A DNA stretch of 63,155 nt, counting the filler, from Reticulomyxa filosa (taxonomy: Eukaryota > Protista > Foraminifera): NCBI GenBank assembly GCA_000512085.1. It is 18 parts of 18 records of this genome, joined end to end, with 100 filler letters (N's around TTAATTAATTAA, not from the genome) between each part and the next. Parts side by side here need not be neighbours in the genome. Positions count along the whole stretch, not along the records: positions 23,878 to 26,839 come from ASPP01006135.1; positions 26,940 to 28,223 come from ASPP01042197.1; positions 28,324 to 30,068 come from ASPP01010831.1; positions 30,169 to 31,961 come from ASPP01027765.1; positions 32,062 to 38,283 come from ASPP01020843.1; 13 more parts are not named here. One strand, given 5' to 3'. The stretch's first letter is position 1. Every line of letters starts with the position of its first letter. Of the stretch, positions 25,004 to 37,473 are shown piece after piece. The notes beneath the pieces were generated by a model, which saw nothing but the letters and a program-made list of their open reading frames with translations, did no database searches and had not been told where the DNA came from. The position numbers and the translations under genes were made by a program.

Positions 25004-26572
25004 TTAATTCTCTGAATCGCTCAATGTGATATCGACCACGGTTGGTGTAATTGTGTTAATGGGTATTTGCATGGAGCGTTCTGGTATTCGTTGTTGAGAT
25101 TCGTTCAAGTTCCAACTCGCCGTTATGGCCTCAATAATGTTTGCTGTTTGCGAATTGGTATCGACTTGCATATTGTGATCGCCATTGTTATCACAGGGTC
25201 TGCTTGGAGCAGCTGGAGGTGAAGCACTATCATTCTCAATAACAATGACTTCTTTTTCTGTATCCGGCAACGGTGGGATTGGTTCTTGTTTTTTTTTGTT
25301 TTTTGTTTTCCCTTTTTTTTCGTTTTATTTTTGTTTGCATTTTTTTTACTCTTTTTTTGATTCGCGTTTGATTTATTGGATTTTGAAGCATAGGTGTTTT
25401 TGTTCCCCGGAGATGCTGATTTATCGCTTGACCTATTTTCAGGTTCCGTGAAATCCGTTTCCACGTCTACCTCCATCTCCGCTTCTTTATTTCTGTCCTT
25501 TTCTCTTTCGGTCTCTATTTCCATTTCTACGTCGCCATCCCATTGTTCGTCTTTTTTTTTTTTTTTTGAAAAAAAAAAAAGAGTCATACGCACATATTTT
25601 TTTAAAAAACTGTGTCTTGAAAAAAAAATCTCACTTTTTTAATATTTCCCCGTTTTATGCAACTCTTTTTTTTTTTTTTCTCCTCCTCCCCCCCCCCCCC
25701 CCCGTGTTTCCTGTTTGTTCTCCCTTCTGCTAATAACACACAAACATACACAAAAGTGTGTGCGTGGGTGTATTTGATGCATAAACGTGTGCACGTGCGA
25801 CGCACTTGTTTGTGGTTGCTTCCAGTCTTCATATCCAGTGTTATCATAAACCAAATCGGGAAAGCGATAAATTTTCTTCAAGTCGCTTCGTGTGCATTCG
25901 ACAGCATTTTTGGTTTCAGGTCGAATCCACGCTTGGGCGAACGACGAAGGGAATATATTGACATTATGAGAACCCGTCAACGCCTGCATGACCGAGTTCA
26001 TGCCATCCGCTAAGAACGAAGTGGTGTATCCTCCTTCAGTCGTCACCACGATTTTGCTACAACGCGACATTAGTTCATAGCAGACCTGTCCATAAATAAG
26101 TGGCGATAATTTGGTATCGGGACATGCCCGATCTCCATCCACGCCATCGGTTCCAACTGCGTAATACGCAATTTCTGGCTGGAATTCGTCGACAATCGGC
26201 CACACGACATTGCGCAACGCGTACAAGAGATCGTAGTCGGTGGCACCCGGATGCAAAGGGATATTGATATTTGTGCCATACGCGGCATGTCCTCGAGAGG
26301 GTCCATATTCTTTGCGTTCACCCGTGCAAGGAAAGAAAGTGCCATCAAATTGATGAAATGAAATAGTGAGCACGTTTGGATTGCTATAGAACAACTTTTG
26401 AGTGCCATCGCCGTGATGAACATCAACGTCCAGTACTAGTATCTTCATTTTAGTGTCCATCACTTTGCAAACGCGATCAATGCTCGCGGCGACATTGTTG
26501 ATATAGCAATAGCCATGGATGCGCTGTCCATCGCAATGATGGCCAGGAGGACGATTTAATGTCACTGCATAT
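25004..26572 (-). CDS. Zn-dependent histone deacetylase (class II-like) catalytic region plus acidic/basic tail; intron 25551-25805; homopolymer frameshift near 25290; N-terminus missing
   Basis: RPPGHH, GYCYINNVA, DVDVHHGDGTQ, SFH, FFPCTG, NIP, GTDGVDGD, EGGY motifs. Confidence 0.92.
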
Positions 26573-26674
26573 CTTTTTTTGCATTTGTCGTTTTTATATT
26601 TTTCACGAGCCCGCTCTTTTTTTTCTTTTTCTCTTGCTTGTCTGCCCTCTTCTTCTTCTTCTTCTTCTTCTCCT

Positions 26675-26839
26675 CCTCCTCCCCTCCTCCGTGTCCTCAT
26701 GATACTCTTCATAGAACTTGGCAAACTCGATCCAAATATCGCAATATCGTCTGTTGTGAGAGCTTGTACATAAGAAAGGATCGATAGTGGCAATGGCTTG
26801 TGTATATGTTTCAATTACCTTCATTGCAAGATTTTCTTC
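26675..26839 (-). CDS. SYF1: Fragment of pre-mRNA splicing factor SYF1/XAB2 (HAT repeat)
   Basis: KVIETYTQAIATIDPF..DIWIEFAKFYEE resembles XAB2 IINTYTEAVQTVDPF..LWVAFAKFYED as recalled; different frame from the HDAC ORF. Confidence 0.75.
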
Positions 26840-26939
26840 NNNNNNNNNNNNNNNNNNNNNNNNNNNNNNNNNNNNNNNNNNNNTTAATTAATTAANNNNN
26901 NNNNNNNNNNNNNNNNNNNNNNNNNNNNNNNNNNNNNNN

Positions 26940-28223
26940 AAAAAAGTTGACAATCGTGTTTTTCTCGTAGTCATGAAATTTGATAATCTTTTTTTGCACA
27001 ATTTTTTGAAATTTTCCTTTTTTTTTTTATGTGGTCGATATTGATTTTGTCATTTTGATTATTTTGTTGCCGAAATATTGATCGACATTTTGCTATTTTT
27101 GTTATATTGTGAAAACATTGTTTTGTGAAAGGTCGTGCTGTTGAAATGATACGAAATGGGTCAAGCTATCGTAAAGTGACCAAAAAATTTAAAGTTAGCC
27201 ATGAGTGGTTATGAAACGGTTTTTATCTTTTAAAAAAGATTGTAGAATTTTGAAAAAGCAACGCACCGGACGTCTGCAAAAGATATCTTTAAGATTGCAT
27301 CGTATTATTGTCAGATTGATGATAACTGGTAAGCATTTTACAGCAAGAGATGTTATAAGAGAAATGAAAAGAAGAAATTTTGCTCTTGTTTCACGTTCGA
27401 CAATTACAAATATGTTAAAGCAAAGTGGGCTAAGCGCTATTACAAAAAAGAAAAAACAATTGCTGACAATGAAACAAAAAAAAGCAAGATATGAATTTGC
27501 GTTAGAACACTAAAGTTGGACTGTTGAAGACTGGAAAAGGTTTCATTTTCAGATGAAAGCAGGATTAATTTAAATGTAAGTGATAGTATAAGATATTTAT
27601 GGAAAAGACCAAGACAACTATTAGATGAAAATTCTATAACAAGAAGAGCAAAATTTGTTGGTGGAAGCATTTTAGTAGGTCATGTTTAGGAGCATTATGA
27701 ACAGGTTACGCTTGCAAGGTGGACTAAATACTGATATATATAAAGAAATTTTATATGACGAAATGCTAAAGATTGTGAATTGCTGCTCATAAAATAAAAG
27801 ATTGGATTTTCCAGCGAGACAATGCAACATGCCATAAATCGGAAAAAATTGTGAAATGGTTCAAACAAAAAAAAATTAAAACAATAAATTTTCCTCTAAA
27901 TTCACCGGATTTAAATCCAATTGAACATCTTTGGTGGATAGTAAAGACAAGGATTCACAATAAAGGATCATTTAATACTGCGGAAGAACTTTGGAACCAA
28001 TTTGAAATATAATGGGAAAAAATAGAAACAAAAGTTTGTGAAACCTTAATAAAGTCGATGCCAAAGAGAATACATGCAGTTAAAAAAGTCAAAGGAGAAT
28101 TAACACGTTGGTAAACTTGAATTAAATTTTAAAAAACAATCTTATCATACTCAGGCAACCACAAAATTTTTTTTAAAGTAATGAAAGAATAAAATTTTTG
28201 AAAAAATTGGAAAGACTTATTAA
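26940..28223 (+). mobile_element. Decayed Tc1-family (DD34E) DNA transposon; transposase remnant about 27120-28114
   Basis: HTH-like GRAVEMIRNGSSYRKV, R.GR..K, KKK.LL..QKKAR.EFA..H, WTVEDW, FSDES, FQRDNA..SPDLNPIEHLW (34 residues between D and E), SMPKRI.AV.K.KG..T. In-frame stops (27511, 28010) and frameshifts; no TIRs visible. Confidence 0.93.
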
Positions 28224-28396
28224 NNNNNNNNNNNNNNNNNNNNNNNNNNNNNNNNNNNNNNNNNNNNTTAATTAATTAANNNNNNNNNNNNNNNNNNNNN
28301 NNNNNNNNNNNNNNNNNNNNNNNTTGTGTATATACATACTCTTTTTTCATTTGAACCGTGTGTGTGTGTGTGATGTAATGATAATCTGTTTGAAAG

Positions 28397-29357
28397 GTGG
28401 TCAGATAAGCAACGCAGCAACAACAACGATTCAAAAATGTGCAAACGATGGCAGCGACTGTTCGACGCAGACGGCGACGCTGAACATTGGACGATACTTT
28501 GCGTCGGCGGAGACAATAGGAAGCGCGGTGGTGATACTTTGTGGAGCGCACGACGCGCAGACGGTGACAGACGTGGTGGAGATCTACGACGTGGAGGCGG
28601 ACAAGATAACGGTAAATTACAACGGAGAGAGTAGCGGACTGATTCTGCCGAGCGCACGTCAGTCGTGTTGCGCGAAGCGTTGGGACGTGGAAAGCACATT
28701 GATAGTGACAGGAGGAGTGACAATGAGCGGAGGATATTCGACCAATGTGAATACGTTGTCGAGCGCCCCTTATGGAGTCCAAGAAAATGCCGAGTCGGGA
28801 GACCCATTAGTGGAGTGTTACCATCTCTTGTTGCAGACCACTGACGAGAATTTTTTGGGTGAGTACTTTTACTATGGCGATATCCAAGACTATCGCGTGT
28901 GGGTGTCGAGTGCGTTCGATTCGCTGATCTATTATCAGCCAAGTGGATTTGACTACACGTGGATAGGTAATTTGTCGGTGCAGCAGTGGGCATATTATTC
29001 GAGCTCCGGCTTCACGAGCGATTACTGGACTGTGTTGGCCACCAAGACCACTGCTCAGCACACTTTGTTTTTCGACTTTACATGTTTGGATAGTCAGACA
29101 TATCACAAAGATGGGGCCAGCAGTGACTCCACCATTTTGGGTCTGTCGCGCACCATCTTCATCGTCGTCGTGGTACTTGTGGGAATGGCGATCCTGCTGC
29201 TCGTTGCTGCGCTCGTCACTTGGTATTATTGCTTCTCTTCCAAACGCGTCAATGCGAATAAGCCCATTGTCATTCAAAGCTCTACTCATGGCATGCTCAA
29301 ACATATTGCACATGCCAAATCACATTCGGGGAAATCTCATTCCAAATTGGATGATGT

Positions 29358-29390
<33 letters not shown>

Positions 29391-29685
29391 GTCTGGATCG
29401 GATAGTGCTGAGTTGAACAGACACACGTTATCTGCCACTTCGGAAGATATTGTCGTCACCAATAGCATGGCTCGAGAGGAAGAACAGCGTCCTCTCACTC
29501 GCCGTGAAAGACAGGCGGTTGAACGAGGGGGCATCCATTTTCCTGGATATCATGCTGCGTCGACAGGGGAGGAAAGAGACGATGCTGAAGAGGATAGGTC
29601 AGTCAGCAGTGTCGAGTCTGAACAAGTACACTTCACTGATCACAAGGTGTTCACCAAAATCAAACAAGACGTCGCCAATACTTAA
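28397..29685 (+). CDS. Single-pass membrane protein with extracellular Kelch-like repeats, last exon
   Basis: GC-richer ORF after tgaaag acceptor; LNIGRYFASA..VVILCG..VVEIYD and LPSARQ..LIVTGG Kelch-like blades; TM IFIVVVVLVGMAILLLVAALVTWYYCF; disordered tail. Confidence 0.7.
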
Positions 29686-30168
29686 ATACTTCAAAACTCA
29701 GACTGACCATGCTCTCTGCTCAACCAATCAAATCAGTCTTCATCACATTTGATCACCTATCCTCTCCCTCTCCTGTTTCTCCTAGGAAGGGAGGGAGGGA
29801 GTGAAACTAATATTACTTTGTCTCTATTTTTGGGTCTAATTTATTTGTGTGTGTGTGTGTATGTGTGCGTGTGTGTGCGTTTGTTGCTTGTTTGCTTGCT
29901 TCCACGTAGTTTCATTATTTTGTGTTTTTGTTTTTGTTTAGGTTTGTTCGTTTGTTTTAAAGGTCTATCTAATATGTACTTGATATTGTTCCACACGATT
30001 TTAATGGGTTAAAACAGCAACAACAAAATACCGGCCTACTTTTTTTTTTTTTTTTTTTTGGTTGTACGNNNNNNNNNNNNNNNNNNNNNNNNNNNNNNNN
30101 NNNNNNNNNNNNTTAATTAATTAANNNNNNNNNNNNNNNNNNNNNNNNNNNNNNNNNNNNNNNNNNNN

Positions 30169-31664
30169 AGGACATAGTCGACGTAGATTGGATGATGGAA
30201 TTGTTTGTAGACATGCATATCATTTGTTGATCGCGAATGTATAAATGTGATTGTAGTGTTAGAGCTGGAGCAATGTGTGAAGACAAGCGAGTTGGCTGGT
30301 GTTCACGGCCATGTGGATCTTGCATTGACGGCGTAAGTGCCATTGGAAGCCACTTATCGGAGAAATCAGCACATCTTTGAACAAAAAGAGTATAAGCATC
30401 ACGGCCGACTTGCAATAGAATTGCTCGTCGGTTGCGTTATGCAAATTTCTCTTATTTGCGCAAATAGCGCTTCAGTCGCCTTAAGGGCATATAGTGGGCA
30501 ATTGGGCAATGGAAATGGATCTCCACTCACTACTTGTACCGGCAGTTGCTGGTCGAACCACACGTTGGAGATTTCATCGCCGTCTGCCCAGGACTCACTT
30601 TGTAATGCTATCACATCATTACATATATCTTGACGATCTGTATGATATATACCATTTTTTATTTATTTGCTTTTTAAAAAAAAACAAATCAAAAAAACTA
30701 ACTTAACATTGTAGAATGGGATAACATTTACAACATAGCTGTCGAAGTTTTGCAAGTAATGATAAGAATTGGGCAGCGATACTTGGAATGACAAATTTGC
30801 TACGATGATATGCAGTTTTGGCAGCTGAGTTCTGCTCTCGTGTCGACGTGGTACCCGGAACAATATATTGCAAACATTGTCTTGAATACCATGCACATTC
30901 CTGATTGTTGGCACAGTCCGCACATTCCATTCGATGATGGTGTTATCAACACTTCCGCTTTGGCATTTGTAAGTGCAATATTGTTTTTGTTATTTTTTTT
31001 AAAATCATTTTTGAATCAAATTCCTTATATTTGCAATACATACTTCCCTTGTTATCTTTGATATACGTAAACGTACAATTTTTTTTTTTAATGAACATTT
31101 TTTTTTTTTCACATTTGATCTTTTAGTCAATGTTATTTACCTGTATAATGTTGATCCGAAGCCCAATTTATAAAACGTTGAGAGATTGTCGGCGTAGACG
31201 GGAACATATTTATGAAAAGCGTTTTGTTATGCTGGCTCTTATTGGACTTCTTTGTATTGACTGGTAGCTTGTTCCGGGGAATACGCATACTTTCGTTCTT
31301 TGATTGTATTAATTCCTTGTTGAAAATTTGCACCAGCGATACGGTTGACAGGCCATTGACTTGTGAATATTGCCTACGTTTCCATGTAATCAATTCTTCA
31401 AGTAGCTGATCGAGCTGTTCCTTGATATTGTAAATATATTTATATTGTCGTGGTGGTCCAAGCGTGTTTGTCCGTCCCCAGTTGATTGCACATTCATTTT
31501 TTGCACTTGGCACCATGAACACATTTAATAAATGTGGAAGCACCAACACCAAGGTGGATTTCACACTGCCGCCAACAACTAAAAGTTTCCACTCAATATT
31601 TTCTACTCGGTTTGTCCCCTCCGCTCGCCGAACAAAAGAATACCAAATGAACAATAAGCAGCTT
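30169..31664 (-). CDS. Hypothetical multi-exon protein
   Basis: Several GC-richer open segments separated by T/A-run intron-like blocks; no domain recognised. Confidence 0.4.
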
Positions 31665-32061
31665 TAAAAAAAAACAAAAAAGTTTGTTGCAAATAATTTA
31701 CAGCAATGCCGAGTTAATTGGAAAAATGTAATTTGTTGCACTTTGTTTATACACATTTGCAATAGCTAAAAGTTAATGTTTTTCTCATTTCAAAGTTCTT
31801 TTCAAGCTAATCTCAGCCTGCTCAAATAAAAAGGTTAACGGATAAAAATAATTTCCAATTAAAACAAAAAAGGGAAAAGCAGGACCCAGTAATTTTCAAC
31901 AAAAGAAAGAATAAGTGTTTCGTAGCTGCCGGGCATAGAAAAATGCTTTATCTTTCATACCNNNNNNNNNNNNNNNNNNNNNNNNNNNNNNNNNNNNNNN
32001 NNNNNTTAATTAATTAANNNNNNNNNNNNNNNNNNNNNNNNNNNNNNNNNNNNNNNNNNNN

Positions 32062-32097
<36 letters not shown>

Positions 32098-32100
32098 AAG

Positions 32101-32485
32101 GTACAATGGGCTGGAAGATGCTGCAGCCCGACAATTAGCTCGTGCCTTATCTCAGAGGTCCAAACAACCCCATTTCCGCAATGACATGGTCCAAGCAGTC
32201 GCAGAGTCACAATCTGCATTATTCTTTATTAGCGACGCCATAGGAAAATTGAGACCCCATCCCGACACTTATCCCATTTGTGAAAAGATCATCGATTATG
32301 TCCCTATTTTCATGTTTTTTGAAGTCGATTTGTCACACAATCGTCGTATCACTAAAAACGGTATCAACACGCTGCTGGAGGCTGCCAGTGCTGAAAATGT
32401 CTGCATTCAAGGCTTAAAAGAAATTCTAACCAAAGATCGAAAAGAACAAGAGGCCTCTGGGATGTCAAAGACTTCTTTATATTAG
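32101..32485 (+). CDS. LRR (RNI-like) protein, last exon
   Basis: YNGLEDAAARQLARAL and EVDLSHNRRITKNGINTLLEA LRR-type segments after an aaataaag acceptor. Confidence 0.6.
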
Positions 32486-34053
32486 TTGCAACAAAAAAAA
32501 AAAAAAGGAGAAGATTCCATAAGCCCAAGTGCTATTGACAAGATTGAATTAATTATCATGTTAATTCATACACACACAAAAAAAAATTTGCTTTTTTTTT
32601 TTTGCTTTGTTTTAGTTTTTATTTTTTGTTTTTTAATTCTTCCCGAAAATTGCCATACTCTTCGCTTGTTTGCTGATTCAAGCACTTTTGTCGTTCATTG
32701 AACACTTTGATCAAAGCCTGAAGAAGAAGGGAACGAGTTTCTTTTTTCCAATTTTTTTTTGTAACATAGTGAAATTAAAGGGAAACAAATGAGGGGGGGG
32801 GAAAAAAAAACATGATAAAAAGTATACGCAAGTGCGATAAGAAAATCAAAAGGAAAATAGCACAAAACCTTGTTTCAAAAAAATAAAATTTTTTTTGTTT
32901 TTTCTTTGTGGTTCTTTGTCTTGCTTATAAATAAGCGCGGTTGGATTTTTCACAAAAAATCTATTTGTTTGTCTCTACTTTTTCCCAACGTTGTTTGTTG
33001 TTTGGGTATCTTGGGATAGTTGTCACTTTTTGGCCTGTTTTTGTTTTGGAGTTGAATTCTGTTTAAATGATATCTTTTTCTTTTGTACACTTGGTTTGAC
33101 GGTACGCAAACTCACCAATTATGTGGATCTATCCCCAATTGGTATTGACTGGCAATTAATTTCGCCAAGTTTTGTGGTTGTGATCAGAATGTGATTTTTC
33201 CAAAAAAAAACAAGCACTTGTTTTTGATTAAAATTATGACCGCTACTATTTTATTCTCATTTTTAAAAGAAAGTTTTTTACAATTTTTAACGGGATCGAA
33301 AAAACAAAAGAAGTGTCGATATAGGGATGCAAAAGGACAAGCCAAATTAACGTTAAAAGCTTTTTCTGGCTTTTAGAAAAATCTTGTGCAAAAAATTTGA
33401 CGTATGGATATAAATCAAGATACCTGTTTCTCACACGGCACTAAAATCACAAATAGATATTCTGGAGTGATAATAGTTGATACAGATAAAGAGATAATAA
33501 CAGGTAATGGTGAAGTTATTGATTTTTCATTTTGGAAATGCTGCCACTTGTAGTAATGCAATACTCTTTATAACGATCAATGTAAAAGTTACAATTACAT
33601 TTATTTATTTTTTTCTATTTGTATAATTCAATGGCCTTTAATTTTATTAATTGATAAAATAAAAGACAATATTACATTTAAAAACTTATTAACCTAAAAA
33701 AATATAAAACTGAGCATTTTTTTTTTAACACTATAACAAACCTTTTTGCAAGTTTTAAATTATAGCTTTTTCGTTAAATCAAATGAAAGAAAGTAAAATA
33801 CCTTTAAATTTTAAATTTCAAAATACTAAACTTTCATTTTAAAAACGTAAAATAAAAAATGACATGAGATATCTTTTAAAAAAAGATTAGGCTCCTCCGC
33901 AAAATATTGTGCTATTAGTTTGAAAAATTTAAAGTAGTAAAAGGTTAAGAATCCGTATTCTTGGTGTTAGAAACGAACATGACTACATTTGGAATTCAGT
34001 GGTGTGAAGTGTTTTGAACTAAAACAAAAAATCAGTACACTTGCCCCTTCCAA

Positions 34054-34953
34054 ATGTCAGTAGAATATCTATATGCCCCTCCTGCTGGCTTCAATGCGGC
34101 CGTCGATTGCATCAATGTGCTTCCATCAGATTCTCTAGATACCATAGTTTAGCTTTAGATTCTATTTGTGTTGTTGCGTTCTTCCCTGTGTTAAAAAATC
34201 GTGAATAATTTTCGGAAAGAAGACGGGTGACGATGTTTGGCAACGAAAAACTTGAACCAGGCAAAAGAGGCATGCTCTTCGGTATTTGAAAAACGACAGT
34301 CGTTCCTCCTTCTGGGAATGAAATCACAACATCATTCAGCAATGAGCAGCTAACATCAGTCTGCCATGCGTTGGCATTCATATATCGGGGTGCGTTTCGA
34401 CAAAATGTTTCTGCCAGTGATTTGCACGAAGCACTGGGGCAACATACTGATTTGCAGGCAAATGAAATTAAATTGATTGTCAAAATTTATGAGAAAAGGT
34501 TCACTTTTTTTTTATAATTATTGTTTATTTGATTTGTTTTTGAAATATTTTTTTTGATCGAATGAACGGTGAGAGTTTTTTTTTGTATGTTTGTTTATTG
34601 ACATTTGGATTGATAGACGAAAAATGCTTCGAATTGTGGATAAAAGTGCTTCCGAAAAAACATCAGATGGCACTAACACAGAAGAAAAAAATGCCTCTGC
34701 AACATCTGACAAAGAGAGAGTAACTCAAATATTGAACTTGGGAAAAATAGTGTCAATGTCATGGAACATGGGCATAACTATTAGCAGCTCAAGAATGCCC
34801 AAAGTCAACAAACCTTTTGTGCGTTTGACTTTGCAGGTTGCTCATGGATCTGGCCAAATCAAAACTTATCACGTCACTTTGTCTCTATCGCAATTTCAAC
34901 ATTTCCGTGAAGAACTTAGCCAAACAAAAAAAATGATGGAAGAAATGAATTAA
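34054..34953 (+). CDS. COMMD6: COMM-domain protein, COMMD6-like; introns 34147-34260 and 34499-34616; 1-nt frameshift at A-run 34289-34293
   Basis: LGKIVSMSWNMGITISSS..PFVRLTLQVAHGSGQIKT..LSLSQFQHF COMM domain; N-terminal MSVEYLYAPPAGFNAAVDCINVLP. Paralogue assignment is from recalled similarity. Confidence 0.75.
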
Positions 34954-35294
34954 GTATTTTTTTATAGTTTTTGGTGTGAAATTTCATACTCTGTAACGAA
35001 CAAATAAATAATTAAATAACAAATTTTCAACACAAACTTCTTTAAATGTTTTTCCGATCCAGCTTAATCATCAACTAAATTTTTTGAGAAAGCCGTAAAA
35101 AAAAAGTATAAAAATTTGAGTACACGTTACTATAGGCCAAAACTAAGTTATATTGATTCATGGTCGTATTTTTCAACAAAAAGATACAAAAGTGTCAAAT
35201 AATAAAAACATCTTCACACCAGCTCGGTTTGACGTTTCCATATGTGAACGTTTTCCAGTCTGAAAAACTCTTTAAAAAAAAACATTTCGAACAC

Positions 35295-36731
35295 ATGCGT
35301 AAAACAGACGAAGTAACACTCTCGCAAAAGCTTTTCGTTCTCGTGCTGTTGATTGTCCAAGTGATTTTTTTGTTTTATCGTATTTGTATAAAAAATTTTT
35401 TGTTCTCCGGAAACAACAAGTTTGGGATAATGGTACAACTGAACTTTACAATAGAATGCTGCCACGGTGATCATGACCAGATATTCTCGTGCGGTGTTGC
35501 ATGAGAACTATTTGGCAAGTAGTGTCGTATTGGTTGTGGAAATATGTAAATTCATTGTGTCGTGTTTTTGCATCCATATCAAAGCAGGCAACTCATGTTT
35601 ACACACACAGCCGTTAAGCAACACTTGTTGAAAGCGCATCCGCGCACTGTTCCTTAAAACAATAATATCTTTTGAAACTCAAAAAAAAAAAAAATAAATA
35701 AATAAATAAATAAAAATGAAAGTTGGGCATTGCATACAAAAGTATGGTATTTAATCAACAACTCAAGCTATTCGTGGATACCAGCGGTATGTTATTTTAT
35801 TCAAAATATGCTGCAATACACGGCCTTGCAAAACTTGCCTGCACCTGTGTATGCAGTGTTGCAACAACTGAAAATATTGAGCGCAGCTGTATGTAGCTAT
35901 TTGATTCTGCGTGAATCATTGGCCTCTCGACAGTGGCGAGCACTGTTTTTGTTAATGGCCGGGGGCATATTGATCGAAAATCACACATTTGAAATACACG
36001 CCTCTGGCAATCTGTCACTGACTGCAAATGATCCCGTCAAAGGTACCATTGCTATTCTTACCATCGTTTCTTTGTCTGGTGTCGCTGGAGTCATTACGCA
36101 GTTGCTGTTGAAGAACAAATCCACTTCGGGCACATCCATGGCACAACTAGAGGTTGATTTTTTATTTTGATACTGTATTTTAGTGTTATGTGCATATGTA
36201 TGTATATGTGCGCATACATGTATGTATGTGTTTGTATGTGTGTTTTAGTTGTCCGTTTGGGATAGAAATGCTCAATTGGCTTTTTGGTCAATATTAATCG
36301 GTGTTTTTTCTTTGATATTGGATTATCAGTGGATCACTGATCATAAACACATATTCTTTGGCTGGACTTTAAATACTTGGATACTGGTCTTTTTGTGGAG
36401 TAGTGGTGGAATACTGGTGGCGTTGACTATAAAATATACTGATGTCATTATCAAGGGCTTTGCCAGTGCTATATCATTAATCGTCATATCTGTGCTGGGA
36501 TGGCTTGTGTTGGGAGATGTTCTGGATTTGGTCTTTGGAATTGGCGCGATCGTTACCGTTATTGCCACTTTCAACTACAATGACAAAGACCCAGTTAGCA
36601 CTGGCTCTATGATCAAAAAAGGTAGTAACAATTCTGCCAACGTGTCCAAAAATGATGCTGATAACGAAATTAATGACGAAGATGATGTTGTGTACATTGA
36701 CCCTAAAGAGGCCGAAAAACCAACAAAATAA
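35295..36731 (+). CDS. Nucleotide-sugar transporter, SLC35A (UDP-Gal/CMP-Sia) type; introns 35361-35454, 35613-35722, 36153-36248
   Basis: LIVQNA..MTRYSR, VVEICKF, IPAVCYFIQN.LQY.AL.NL, QLKILS.A, SGVAGV, SVWDRNAQLA, GGILVA.TIKYTD.IIKGFA; all splice phases consistent. Confidence 0.92.
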
Positions 36732-37473
36732 AGACTTCAATTCATCAATTTTAATCCTGACAAATAAAAAAATAACCAATTTATATCTGCGAAGAAAATC
36801 AACAATACAATTTTTAAGGCATAGTGTTATTATACCTTTTACTCCTTCATTGTTTTGTTCCTTGGGTTGATTGTTGCACTCTTCCCATCTAAATCATCCA
36901 CAATTGGGAAAGATTGTTTACCTTTATTTTTTTTTGTGGTTGAAAGTGTTTACAATCAGAATGTGCAGAGTGAATATCCACGATGTGCGTTTGTCAAAAT
37001 CTCACACTTTTGTGATGTTCAAAGAAACTATCGACATTGAATTTTTTAGCAAAAAATGTTTCTTAAATCTTTATATCTTTGCGAATATTTTTATGAAATT
37101 GAGCCATTATCCAAGTGTTGGTGGTAAAGGCCGAAACAAAATTTTATTTTTGACATTAAGTAAAAGAATATTCTCAAAGCAACAGATGTTTATTGAGAGA
37201 GTGGAAGATATGTTGAGAAGGTTTACAAGCAAAACACTGTTAATACAATGAGCGCAATTTGCGACAAATAAAGATTGCACAGTCATTGCCTTTTTTTTTT
37301 CCTCCTTCCTTCTATCTCTTCAGTTATCTTTATTAAAACACACACACAACTAAAAGTTCCACACCCAATGGATAAAATACGATGGATACAAATCATTAAA
37401 GTGTAAGGATCACGACATGTTTTTTTCTTACAAAAAAAAAACCTGAAAAAAAAATACAAAAAGTTACAAGCAT

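Noticed and set aside
25639-26814. 391-aa ORF as a complete HDAC
   Set aside because: Its N-terminus is off-frame SYF1 plus intron sequence, and its C-terminus reads through intron 25551-25805.
34112-34483. 123-aa minus-strand ORF
   Set aside because: Antisense shadow of COMMD6-like exon 2.
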